Assembly: GCF_001194135.2 (NCBI RefSeq)
Contig: NC_068984.1
Span: 41,044,445 to 41,106,126 of the forward strand
Direction: 5' to 3'
DNA: 61,682 bases
Source of the DNA: Octopus bimaculoides
Lineage: Eukaryota
In this document: in pieces, positions 50,474 through 61,682 of the stretch
Position numbering within the stretch: the first letter of the stretch is position 1
How the letters are laid out: every line of letters begins with the position of its first letter
Program-made: the position numbers and the translations under genes
The notes under the pieces: model-generated
Database searches by the model: none
What the model was told of the DNA's origin: nothing
What the model saw: only the letters and a program-made list of their open reading frames with translations

Positions 50474-50851
50474 GCTTTTTTCTAAAAATCATTTTTACTT
50501 GTTTTAGTCATTGGACTGCGGCCATGCTGGGGCACTGCCTTGAAGGGTTTTAGTTGAACAAATCAATCCCAGTACTTCTATTAAGCTTGGTATTTACCCT
50601 ATCAGACTCTTGCTGAACCACTATAGCATGGGGGTATAAAGAAACCAACACAGGTTGCCAAGCACTAGCACAAACACAAACAGATGCATATATATACAAT
50701 ATGAGCTTCTTTTAGTTTCCACCAACCAAATTCACTCACAAGGTTTTAGCTGGCTCAAGGCTATGGTTGAAGACACTTGCCCAAAGTGCTATGCAGTGGT
50801 ACTGAACCCAAAACCATGTGATTGGGAAATAAACTTCTGACCACACAGCCA
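50474..50851 (-). mobile_element. Full-length tRNA-headed SINE family S1 (other copies about 1918-2045 -, 3765-3960 -, 12932-13090 +, 20950-21060 +, 24180-24320 +, 28915-29040 -, 38450-38590 -, 54345-54430 -, 58590-58740 -)
   Basis: A-box (TGGCTGTGTGG) and B-box (GGTTCAGT) head, ttgggcaagtgtctt core, internal microsatellite, catggccgcagt..tgactaaaacaagtaaaa tail. Confidence 0.85.
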
Positions 50852-50966
50852 CAAATATATTTTAAAATTTTTTCTAGACTAAGAATATATTTCATATTTT
50901 TATATAAACCATACATAACTAAACACTACAAAATAATATTTCAAACAACAAAAACAATCTACTTAC

Positions 50967-51065
50967 AAAACAGCTGCATCAAGGTTCCAAGGGGATTTTG
51001 TATCAATTTTATAGAATATTTTTCGGACATACAGCAATATCTGCCACAAATGGTTAGCACTTTTT
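50967..51065 (-). CDS. AKTIP: AKTIP coding exon 5 ([33 protein letters not shown])
   Basis: tttcag / gtaagt, 99 nt. Matches [30 protein letters not shown]. Confidence 0.97.
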
Positions 51066-51165
51066 CTGAAATAATCAGTGAAATTCATATTGAAATTTAT
51101 AAACAATTTCACTTGAACTAACAGAAATGAAAACACCAATTATAAAAGAAAGAAAGCACATTTAC

Positions 51166-51254
51166 CTCCATTTAGGAAATGCTCTTTTCACATCCAGTTC
51201 CCCTGTTTCTGGATTAATGACAGGGTGGAAAATAGGAGGGATAAAATACACACT
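51166..51254 (-). CDS. AKTIP: AKTIP coding exon 4 ([30 protein letters not shown])
   Basis: ttacag / gtaaat, 89 nt. FHP...GELDV has Asp in place of the E2 catalytic Cys, as in AKTIP (UEV family). Confidence 0.97.
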
Positions 51255-53880
51255 CTGTAAATAAACAAAATCAAAAGGTTATTGATCAAATCTGGAGTAC
51301 AGCACAAATATATTCTTTACCTTGTCTTCAGCCCATATATTCAACATAATGAAACATACATTAAAATACTGATGATGGATCTTTGGTTCTCTCTATATTC
51401 AGTACAACCACCACCATCTCATTGTTACTCTTCTCCTTCATCACTCCAACTATGTAACCATGTATGGCACTGGATCTATCCCTATTCCCTGTCTGCTTTG
51501 GCACGGTCTCTATGGTTGGATGCTTTTCCTTTACAGGGTGTGCTGGGTGCTTTTCACATAGCACCAGCAACAGTGAGGTCAAGTAACTTACAAGACAAGG
51601 TCCCTCAAATGAGTAGGAAGTAGTTTTAAGGGAGGTGGCTTTGTGCCATGTGATGAGAGGTTAGAGTATGAATAGAGAGACAGAAATAGATGTTTTGCAG
51701 TAGAGGAGATACATGGCACTGCGTACACTCAAATTGTAGAGAGGGGCATATCAGTGAAGTGGAACTACAAACTGTGTAAGGTGAATGGGTAGCTAAGTTC
51801 TCAAGATTGCAAAAGAAGAGTGGAGGATGGAGAGGAAAGAGAGCAGGAAGTGGACACATGTTGAGGGGGAATGATTTAGGAGGATTTGGTAATACTGAAA
51901 ACAAAATTCATACTCCAATAAATATGCTAATGATGAGCCCACAAGGAGTTTCTATATAGTCCACTGACCTGCTAGAAATGTCCCTCAAATTACACCCTAC
52001 TATTATAAATAAGGAAAGTATACATTGTATTATGTATTCATCTTATACTCCTTAAAAAACAGAATGGTCATGGCTAGAATGTCATTGATCATAGATCAGC
52101 TCAATTTAAAGTTGCCTTGGATCTGAGACTAACATCAAATATGATGGTGAAATCACTATTATGTTAAATGCTGAGCCAACCTGAAGTACACATTACCTAG
52201 AACGACAAAAGATTTAAAATGAAATCATGAGTCTCATTAATCCAAAATCAAATTCTCATACCAATAAAATATTATACATATGCTATAGTCTATTCCTTGG
52301 TCTATTTGACTTAATGAGGTAGCTATCTGATTTATACAACAATAAAAGAAGAAAAAAAATGTATAAAAATCTGTATCTCACAGCTGTCAACATCAAAACT
52401 TAAATATATATTAGGTCAAGAATATAATTTGTTCTGAAATAAAGGAACTAATTTTGGCAGTAAAATCAGTAAGAAGGTTGATAAATTTTCAAGGGAAAAA
52501 TACATCAGTAGTTCCCATTGCCATCTGCAGGTTTATTTATAGTTTATTCTGCTACTGTTCTATTCTCCCAAGCTTACCTTTGAAGCACAAAGCCTACTTA
52601 ACACTTAGGTAGGGACACTGGTTCATACAACATCAGGGTATGTCCACATACTGATAGTCCTGTGTGATACATGTTTGGTTGTTAGTCCTGCATACCATGG
52701 AAAATCTTGTTATTTGACTGATAACAGGCTCTTGACAGGTATTACCATTCCTGGCCAGAGCAGACTTGATGGTGACTAAGAAATAACTCCATATTTCCCA
52801 GAACTCTTGAACTCCCAAACTGAAGTCTCGCCACTGAATACAGTTAACTATTTTAAAGAACTAAGGAAGACAGAGAGAGAAGATATCCAATGACCTTATC
52901 AATTGGCTACAGAAAGTACCATCCAATAACTTGTTAAGTAAAGGTAATTTCAGTCCACAATCACCAATACTTGTAGGCACAGCACATCAAGAAGAAAGAA
53001 ATTTCTCTGCAAATTACAAAGTAATTCACTTTGCATATGAAAATGTGAAGTATATATATATATATTAAAACTGATTTGTAAACCAATTTTTATTTTCTGT
53101 TTAAGTTAAACAGTGAGATTTAGCACTATACATCAGATCTTATAGCAAATGTGTTTATGAAATAAATGCTCTAGTAAATTCTCAGAAATATTCATGACCT
53201 AATGAAGAATGTACAACACAGTAGACATTGACAAATATATGGAATTAAATATAACAAAATCATTTGATATAGCAAACCAATGTTCTTCAGCAGACTACAT
53301 CCCACATGTATTTACTGTTAATGTTAACATTTCAATTAGCTAGTCTTGTACAAAGGGTCTACTTTAGCAGAGCTAATCTAAGTTACCCAAAGACATAATA
53401 AGATACAAATCTTGTCTTTATTGAAACACATTATCTTTAGACGACTAGTTAAATGCCTTAACAATTCCTCAGACAGGAGAAGGATGACCTGCAACATCTG
53501 AGAAGAAAATAAGAGTTTGACACATTGAATACCTTAATGAGAAAAGAAGATCTGACAAAGAAAATTTTGGACACGTATTGAAACAAATGCAGTGATGCTC
53601 AAGGAAACTTCATTGGAATTGAATAAATATGACTGGTTGATAATTAAGAGTAAAAGAATCAGAAACAGGTAGAAAAAAACAAATAGTTAACACCAACATA
53701 ACTGTATATTCAGAAAAAAACATTAAAGACAATATTAAGACAGGATTATCAGATCAATAGCAGAAGATATTAGGTAAAAAAAATTCAAAAAGATTACAGA
53801 AACAAAAAGTTGTTTTGTGTTGATTTAAATAAGAAATAGCATCATAAAATTTCTTTTAAATGTAGCAGAAATATACTTAC

Positions 53881-53981
53881 AGGACAATCACAACTAGGAT
53901 AGTTTTCTGGCATTTTTAACAAAAACCGAAATATTCCACCTTGGTACATTCCTTTCCGTATAAATAATATTCCATTCCAAA
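53881..53981 (-). CDS. AKTIP: AKTIP coding exon 3 (VWNGILFIRKGMYQGGIFRFLLKMPENYPSCDCP)
   Basis: tttcag / gtaagt, 101 nt, UBC-fold W-G-F-R-G-Y-G-F-F...P-NYP motif. Confidence 0.97.
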
Positions 53982-55534
53982 CTGAAATTAACAATGATGC
54001 AAGAGAACAGATGATTGATGTCTTTTTAATGAGATTTTGATGAAAACATAAAATTCATTTAAATATTTGCAAGCTTTTGCTCAAAAGATAAGGCAGCCAT
54101 CTCAAAAGCTAAAATTGCTGGGGGTGGGGGACTATGCAACACATAAGAGAGGATACAAATTAATTCGAAATAAAATATTTACTTAGCCATTCTCTGAAAT
54201 AACTTAGAATCTATAATCAGTAGAGAAGAAACATGGGTTTGACAAAAAAAGTTGGATCTATCTAATTTTTGTAGTCAGAACCATATATTTAACAAGATTA
54301 AATCATACATTCTTAGAAAGATTTGATATGCCAAATGTATCTGAAAACACTTGCCCAAGATGCCATAGAGAGGAACTGAACCCAGAAACATGTGGCTGGA
54401 AAGCAAACATCTCACCACACAGCTACACCTCCAACAGTATGTGGGTATGGATGGATGGATAGATGTTAGTATCTCCTTGTTCTGACATCACATATGTTGT
54501 TGTAAATAGTTGTCACTCCCATACAAGCACTTCCAAAATTCTGTGAGAACATGTCTGACCATGGAGAAATATTATTTTGCTTGGAAGGAGGTGAGGGTTG
54601 GCAACAGGAAGGACATCCAACTGCAGAAAATCTGCCTCAATAAACTCAGTCTGACCTATTGAAAAGTGGATGGATGTTAAAATAATGATGATATTTCTAA
54701 GACTACATTTTCCAATGTAGAGTGTGTGATTCAAGGAAGATTCGGCTGATATTTCTAGTAGATTAAATGACAGTGTAGAGGCTGCCTTTTTTGGCTCAAA
54801 TGAATTAATTTGCTTGTGGTGACAGTAAAAAGGATAAAGTGTGAGAAGTATCATTATGAAATAGTTTTGAACAAAGAACATGAATGGGATATCAAGGAGC
54901 CTCTAAATGATTATTCAAACTGCAAGAAACAGGAGCCAAATCTCCTTCCTGTAGCTAGCAGCCTATTGTCTTTTAAATAGAAAGAACATGTTGAAGAGTA
55001 GTACAGTCCCTGATATACAAGTAGATTATTATAAGGCTTGACAATAACAACACTACAGAAATCAGAGTAGAGACTAAGGTATAATATATGCTCAAAGACC
55101 AACTAACAGAATAAGTTGCAGCTTCTTTGAGGATAGTTGTTGAAATACCATTTGTATCAAGTTATGTCAGTACTATTTTAGTAACTTGCTTAGGTTATAA
55201 ATTAAAAAAAAAGGGTACCATCCTTCATCATCACCTACAATAAAAGTAACAAAATCTTCTTGTAAAGAGTAAACAATTAGTTTCCATAGAATGTAATGTA
55301 GATTTATAATAGGATTTGGACACATATACCTTATTCTAGCATCAGCTCTTAATCATGAACAGCTACATTTTGCATTTGTTGCCCAAGAGAAAACCACCAA
55401 CAGGATTACAGAATCAATAGTTTTCTAAGTACTCAGAAAGCTATTTCAGGTTATACCTGAGGAAATTTGAAGTGTGAGATTGCCAGTAAATTCATACAGA
55501 TGAAAATAATCCAGAGCTTTACCCTTAGCCCTTT

Positions 55535-55865
55535 CCATCATCATCATCATCATTTAGCATCCATTTTCCATGCTGGCATAGATAAGACAGTTTGATTGGA
55601 ATTGGTAAGCTGGAGAGCTGCATCAGGCTCCAGTTTGTTTTCACTTGGTTTCTACAGCTGGATGCTCTTCTTAATGCCAACCACTCCATAGAGTGTACTG
55701 GGTGTCTTTTACATGTCACTCATATGGATGCCTTTTATGTGTCACTAGCATGGGTGCCTCTCACGTGTCACCAGTACACATGCCTTTCACACGTCACCAG
55801 CACTGACTACAACTATGATTTCACTTAGCTTGACATGTCTTCTTAAGCACAGCAAATCACCAAAG
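55535..55865 (-). mobile_element. RTE tail variant in AKTIP intron 2
   Basis: catcatcatcatttagcatccattttccatgctggc...ggatgctcttcttaatgccaaccactcc. Confidence 0.75.
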
Positions 55866-57226
55866 TTTAATTCAATAATTTGTGTTGTATAATATTCTGG
55901 CTGTCTCATTTTGGGACACCATATTTAAATAGGTTAGGACTGAATAACTGAATAATTCTTAATGTAGAATTTTATATGCTAATGACCAAATTCTTATTAC
56001 AAAGCTGCAGAAAACAGAAAGAATTCTAAAGACTAAAGTTCCTGTTAGTAGCAGATGGCAGAAAAATGCAGTGTTATCTGAAAAGTAACTTTGCACATTA
56101 ACTACAAATGGAGTAGATAGAAACTCAATATTTTATGTATTTAATGCATGCAATGTACATTTAAAAAGTGCTATGAATCTTTGAGTCACAACTTTAGAAG
56201 TAGTTTGAAGCAAAAGCAGACTTCAAATTACTCAGGTAGCTTGCAAGAAATTACAGATAATTACAATGGAGATGTGGTTAATGCAAAGATGGATTTAGGG
56301 AAAATATGGTAGCAGGGAGCTCTTATCTTTTCTAGCTTTTAAGGTTTTCTCGCTTCATGCAAAAGATAGACTCAATGGAGAAGCTTTTCTACGGAGCCAA
56401 AGGCCATAGAGTTGTGAATCGTAAGTGATCAGAGCACAGAATCACAAAGGCTGCTGAAAATTGAGCCGTGTATGATTCACTGAATTATGCAACAGTTTCT
56501 ATGAAAGACTAACAGAAAATTCAGAGGAAAATGTCTTGGATCAAATGCATTGGCCAATGTGTGCAAAAATGGCAGCTATGGTGGTCTACATATACAACAC
56601 AAATAGATACTATAGGCTAGATGAAATATGAGTAGGAGTTAACTGATGCAGAAACAGGCTATAAAAAAAAAAAAATTGGTAAGAAATGGTAAGGACAAAT
56701 CAAAGAATGTTGAGCATCACAGATGGGATAACGTAGGACTATAATGACAGGAAATACATTGCCTAGCAGAGCTGCCCAATCTATGCCAATTAAGACAATG
56801 ATGATGGTAATGAACTTGTATCTTTACCATTTCATATTTCTAAATACATAAACAGAACAGTCACCTCCAGAGCATGATCTCACTCCTGTATACCTCAGTT
56901 GTTTTCAGTTTCCTAAATACAATAAACAAAAGCAATACATACAATAGAAAGAGTATCATTTTCAAAGATCAATTTTTAGCAGCACTTCTGTATCTAAACT
57001 GTTTCTAACTTGGCAGTTATTTCATTAAAACACTGTTTTAACCATGCAAAATGATTCATGAACAACCATTCTATCATATTGTATCAGGAACAGAAACCTT
57101 ACAAGGAAAAAACACATTCTCTCATTTGTTTTACCAATGAATGGTTGCTCCTCAGTGGATTCAAAATCCTATAAATGTCTTCCTATTAATATAGTAATTT
57201 TATTTTCAATTAAAAAGATTACTTAC

Positions 57227-57291
57227 CAAATGTATTTGATGCTGATGGAACTACATAAACACCAGGTAGTTTCTGTTGACTAAGAAGATTG
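57227..57291 (-). CDS. AKTIP: AKTIP coding exon 2 (NLLSQQKLPGVYVVPSASNTF)
   Basis: ttgtag / gtaagt, 65 nt, QKLPGVYV motif. Confidence 0.96.
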
Positions 57292-57829
57292 CTACAAAAG
57301 AAAAGCAAAAGATTCAAGTAATAATTTCATGAATTCAGTCATTTTTGTTCTAATACCTATGAAAATCCAATTAAATAATATCTACTTTGTTAAACATTCT
57401 TATTTACAAAATGTTTTTAATTAAACTAAAACAAAAGTTGTCATTGTGTGTCTGTATACGTACAAGCATGTATATAGGGAATTTCTGCTTACATTAATTG
57501 ATGTTTTCACCATTTACTTAACAATATCTTAGTATAATGCAAAGAACAAAGGGAGTAAGCTAACAGAATCATTAGCATGCCAGACAAAATGCTTAGCAGC
57601 ATTTCTTTCAACTTTACATTCTGAGTTCAAATTCTACTGATGTCAACTTTACCTTTCAAGGTCAATAAATTGAGCACTGGGATCAATGTAATCAATTAAC
57701 CCCCTCTTCCACCTAAAATTTCAGGCCTTGTACCTATAGTAAGAAGAATACTATGCAAAGAACAGCCAGTTGCCAACACTTACAAACAAGCTGTTAGAAA
57801 ATAAGAACGTCACATCAAATTAATTGACT

Positions 57830-58283
57830 TAAGCACTGGACCTTGTGGAGGCAATGTGGCTGATGCTGGTGTCGCACAACTAACACCTGTGCAGGTGGCA
57901 TGTAAAAAGCACCTTTTGAGTGTTGGGCCTCATAGAGGTAATGTGGCTGATGCTGGTGTCATAACTAGCACCCCTGCTGGTGGCATGTAAAAAGCACTTT
58001 TCGAGCACTGGGCTTCACGGATACAAGGACAAATGACCAAGACGTTCGGCAATATGCTGTGCTTGAGCAGAAGACCCATCAAGCCAAGTGAAATTGTAGT
58101 CGTGGCAGATATTGGTGTCACACAAGTGATATGTAAAAGCACCCATTACACTCTTGATTAGTTGGCGTTAGGAAGGGCATCCAGCCATACAAACTATGCC
58201 AAATCAGACTCGAGTTTGGTGCAACCCTAGTCAAACCATCCAGCCCATACCAGCATGGACAACAGATGTTAAATGATGATGAT
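57830..58283 (+). mobile_element. RTE 3' end variant with degenerate subrepeats in AKTIP intron 1
   Basis: ggcatgtaaaaagcac repeats, gttggcgttaggaagggcatcc, gatgat tail. Confidence 0.8.
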
Positions 58284-59356
58284 TGGTTGTGAATCTAATT
58301 CAATAAACATAATGATGATATCTTCATCATCATTTTAGTGTCCACTTTTCCAAGCTTACATGGGTCAAATAAATTTCATTGGCTGATGCTCTTCCTGTCA
58401 TCAACCCCCTACCTGCTTTCTAGCAAGGTAATATTTCCCTTGTTCTTTGAACATGAATAGAACAATGATCAGGCCATGCTTTCATAGAAGATTGGAAACA
58501 AATTACAATGCTTCTATAATGAGGATGTTTTTTGACAACTATTGAGAGTACTGTCAAGACCAAAGAGACACAGGCACGCATGAGCACACACACACATTTT
58601 TATGCAATAGGCTTCTTTTAGTTTCTGTCAACCAAATTCACTCACAAGATTTTCTCGGTCCAAAGCTATACTAGAAGACAAGGTACCACATAGAACTGAA
58701 CCTAAAATGACATGGTTGGAAAGTAAACTTTTAACGCAGCTATATCAGCGCTTACACACATACATAAATATAAATATAGAGAGAGTGGGGGAAAGAGAGA
58801 GAAGCCTTACAATGCTAACATAGGTCGGGTTACACATCAAATACATTTCCAGTTACACTGTTTGCTTGAAGTTTAACATAAGGGTGCCTTTTCTGGTGTC
58901 AGAAGTTTTTATGAGAGTATTATCATTACATATAAATCTCTCTGATATTCATTATACACATTACAAATTTGCATGAGACATGATTCGCAAACCTATTAAT
59001 CATAGGGGTATAACTATTAGAGTTATTTCTCCAAAATGTATGTAGTGCAAATGAATCAAACGGAGATTAATTCTCTTCGAGTTATACAGATGGCAGGATT
59101 AGATTTAGTGCTTCACTGGTGATACAGCTCAGTGTTGTAAGCAGCGTGACTACGAACGATTAAAACAGTGAATCGTATCAATATGTAGTACCTATTTAAT
59201 ATCAAAATAGAACTACCCAATAACATCATGCAGTAATGTTTATGCATACAATGTTATAAACCAAACTGTCAATTTTGTGCACGATACTCTGTCAATTAAT
59301 TTAATTGCAAATCTGAAATGTAAATATAAAATATATATATATATAACATATCTTAC

Positions 59357-59514
59357 AATTCTGCCATTAAAGCATATTCTTGAGTGGATCGCTTGAGATC
59401 TTGAATAAGTTTTGGTGTTTTGTCTTTCGGTACATTAATGTCTAAGGTTTGTGGGACACTATCTTGCACAACAGGAATGGCTGGAAGCAGTTTTCGGCCT
59501 TCCCTTACAGCCAT
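59357..59514 (-). CDS. AKTIP: AKT-interacting protein (FTS) coding exon 1 (MAVREGRKLLPAIP...QEYALMAE-F)
   Basis: ataATGG start, gtaaga donor. RKLLPAIP resembles human KKQLPSIP; EYALMAEF resembles EYSLLAEF. The exon includes 15 nt of UTR from an acceptor at 59530. Confidence 0.9.
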
Positions 59515-60302
59515 TATGAAAACAAGCACCTGAAAGTTAATAGAAAACAATTTTAAAAATTCACTGCAAAAACACGTTCTTTTGAAACAGCTGAAATAAA
59601 CAAATAATACACTAGAATAAACTACACTATAAAGTGATAGCAAGTAAATCGTGCTAAAGGGTTACGTGGTAAGGAAGGCAAAGATCGTTTATCTATTAAT
59701 AGTAAATAGAACACGGAGTCAAAGGTTAATAAATCTGATAAGAACTGATTTAGTGTTCACTTTCAATGTAAAATGGAACAAGACAAAACAAGGAATACAT
59801 AATCCAAATACTATCAAAAGTTACTAAAAATCATTATTATGAATGATAAGCAATATAATTATTTTTGAAGTAATTGTTTGGGAATATGTACAATGTTATC
59901 TTTCACCTTAGTAAATATGGCCGTATATAAAAACGTCACGAAAATAATTAGTGTTGGCTTTTTTTTTTCTTGTTCTTTCTCTTCTCGTTCGTACCCACAA
60001 AGCTGTGTGGCGTTGCTATGTAAACAGGAGTCATGTGAACACAGCGCAGGTTCTATTGTATAGATATCGTATCGATTCTACACCTTTACCCCAAAAGGGA
60101 ATAGCAAAATGGTTTAGAATATCATATATTTCTACAGTTATCAATGCTAACGGAAATACCACCACGTTATTATTATTTTTTTTTTTTTGGAGTTGTTTAA
60201 ATGATTGCTATTTTCTTAAAATCAAATGTAAATTGATATTCACTTTAATAAAACCAATCTACTTTTATCTCATAAGACCAGTATAAAACGATACTGTATT
60301 AC

Positions 60303-60370
60303 CTGTAATCAATGAGTAAACATGACGGTGTAGTTTCGAACGGCAGACATCCTTCCTTAATTTTATAACG
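60303..60370 (-). other. AKTIP: Putative AKTIP 5' leader exon (5' end undefined) containing a 13-codon uORF
   Basis: CAG|GTAATA donor at 60302 in a CpG-rich zone, 773 bp upstream of the acceptor at 59530. Confidence 0.55.
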
Positions 60371-60900
60371 TATGAGGAGACAGGCTATTATGATATTTCG
60401 GCAATTGGTGCGAAAGAAGTTTTACAGTTGTTGGAATGAATCACGTCCCCCACCCCAACTAATTCTGCTTTTACAATCGATAGTAAAGATGTGCGCATGT
60501 CCAAGTGCGAAAAATGAAAACAAGCATACGAGGTTATTTAGTGCATACGATAGAAAATAAATAATGTTATGCAGTGCATCTTTCTTTCCCTTCCGTTTCT
60601 TAATCAGGATAAAATGAACACAATTTACATTCTGATGCCCTGAAACTGTGGGAAGGATTTGGATTGTTAGTCCCAGGGCAAGGTGAATCTATCCAGAGAG
60701 TTTGGGACAGCTAAATAGTCAAACTTTTTATTCACTTTCTGATAAATTTAATCAGTCTTTAAACATGACGTTGACTTCTTTACAAGTGCTAAATTTGGTA
60801 ATTTTTCAGATTAACACCCGCACGATTACCTAACCCTAACACCCTAGTGAAAATCGTGCTGGTGTTAATCTGAAAAATTACCCTAAATTTTCTGGTGAGT
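60371..60900. promoter_or_regulatory. Probable promoter region of AKTIP, possibly bidirectional
   Basis: CpG-retaining, TGCGCATG half-NRF1 motif at 60492-60499, lies between the AKTIP leader exon and the candidate plus-strand exon. Confidence 0.5.
60791..60890. repeat. Near-perfect palindrome (37-bp arms) with telomeric-repeat loop
   Basis: 60791-60827 vs 60852-60890: one mismatch and one 2-nt indel. Loop ACCTAACCCTAACACCCTAGTGAA. Confidence 0.9.
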
Positions 60901-61142
60901 GAGGTGTCGCTTTACCTATTATACCAGATATGAACGGTTTCTTTAACACGTTGGAGCTCTGTATCTCAATTGTGTTCGGAGAATGATATATGGGGGATGA
61001 GGGTGATGTGTCGATGTTTGTTACAAGCTTTTCGATTCCGGAGAACTTGGATTGTCATGTCGATAAGAGGCAGCGCACTTTGATCCACACGACATGATAA
61101 AATTATTAAACGAGTTCGAACCAGTGGGTTTGTCCTGGAATA

Positions 61143-61302
61143 ATGGAAAGGGATCCTATGGATTCACTCTTTACTCTTGGGCTACAGACTGGGGCTTCAT
61201 ATGAGACTATTGATAGTAACTCTTTCGCCTCGTCACACACTCTTAATACTGCAGTTAAAGTGGGGGTTACTGCCTTATTTGCTGAAATAAGTTCAGTAAT
61301 TT
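61143..61302 (+). CDS. Candidate first coding exon of an unidentified gene (MERDPMDSLFTLGLQTGASYETIDSNSFASSHTLNTAVKVGVTALFAEISSVI)
   Basis: Strong Kozak context (aTAATGG), 53 codons +1 with purine-start codon bias, GTAAGT donor at 61303, divergent from AKTIP. No family recognised. Confidence 0.45.
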
Positions 61303-61531
61303 GTAAGTGAATTGTTTTTCAATCTGGGGCCTTTGAGACGTTCGATGGTGCTGGACTATCAAGAATTAAATTTGATTTCGTTGATATCAGATGATGCGTC
61401 TAAGGTTGTCTGATTTTTCCTGTGCATTACGATTAAGTGCAGTCATGTGTTTTGATTTGCCTCAAAACTTCTTTTAGAAGGGAACATCTGGTGCGATGTA
61501 TAACTGAAGATGTGCCTTATTTTATTTCTTT

Positions 61532-61578
<47 letters not shown>

Positions 61579-61682
61579 GTGACAAAATCCAAAATTACAG
61601 GTAAAAACTCAATTAAAATCAATTTATAAAAAAATTAAAATTAAATTGAGCATTATAGATAAAATATATATAAAATATATAG

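Noticed and set aside
61143-61175. MERDPMDSLF resembles the N-termini of CHD7/8/9 (CHD9 lies near AKTIP in human)
   Set aside because: Similarity covers only about 6 residues, downstream sequence does not match, and those genes have long first coding exons. No gene symbol was assigned.

Overview
AT-rich, microsatellite-rich eukaryotic scaffold with four N-gaps. The repeat repertoire (tRNA-headed SINEs, RTE LINE tails ending in (GAT)n, TTAA MITEs) points to an octopod cephalopod, probably Octopus; this is an inference. Three spliced genes were reconstructed by hand with GT-AG boundaries and phase-consistent exons. (1) A divergent katanin p80 (KATNB1-like) on the minus strand: exons 2-4 at 2.5-3.5 kb, a probable first coding exon at 34348-34381 (about 31-kb first intron), and the 3' part beyond the left edge. 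(2) A complete UPF0598/C8orf82 homolog on the plus strand, 3 exons, 210 aa, head-to-head with KATNB1 across about 350 bp. (3) A complete AKTIP/FTS on the minus strand, 8 coding exons, 259 aa, tail-to-tail with C8orf82. A probable first coding exon of an unidentified fourth gene (61143-61302, +) diverges from AKTIP. The remainder is decayed RTE LINEs of two lineages, an internally inverted Gypsy pol remnant, a Penelope fragment, SINEs, MITEs and microsatellites. Most entries in the supplied ORF track are gap, microsatellite or TE artefacts. No prokaryotic system, CRISPR array, rRNA or tRNA gene was found. The most unusual structures are two palindromes with telomeric-repeat loops in the promoter CpG zones, and a periodic GCCAGT-N8-ACTGGC hairpin array in the RTE 3' UTR. 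TE boundaries are approximate.
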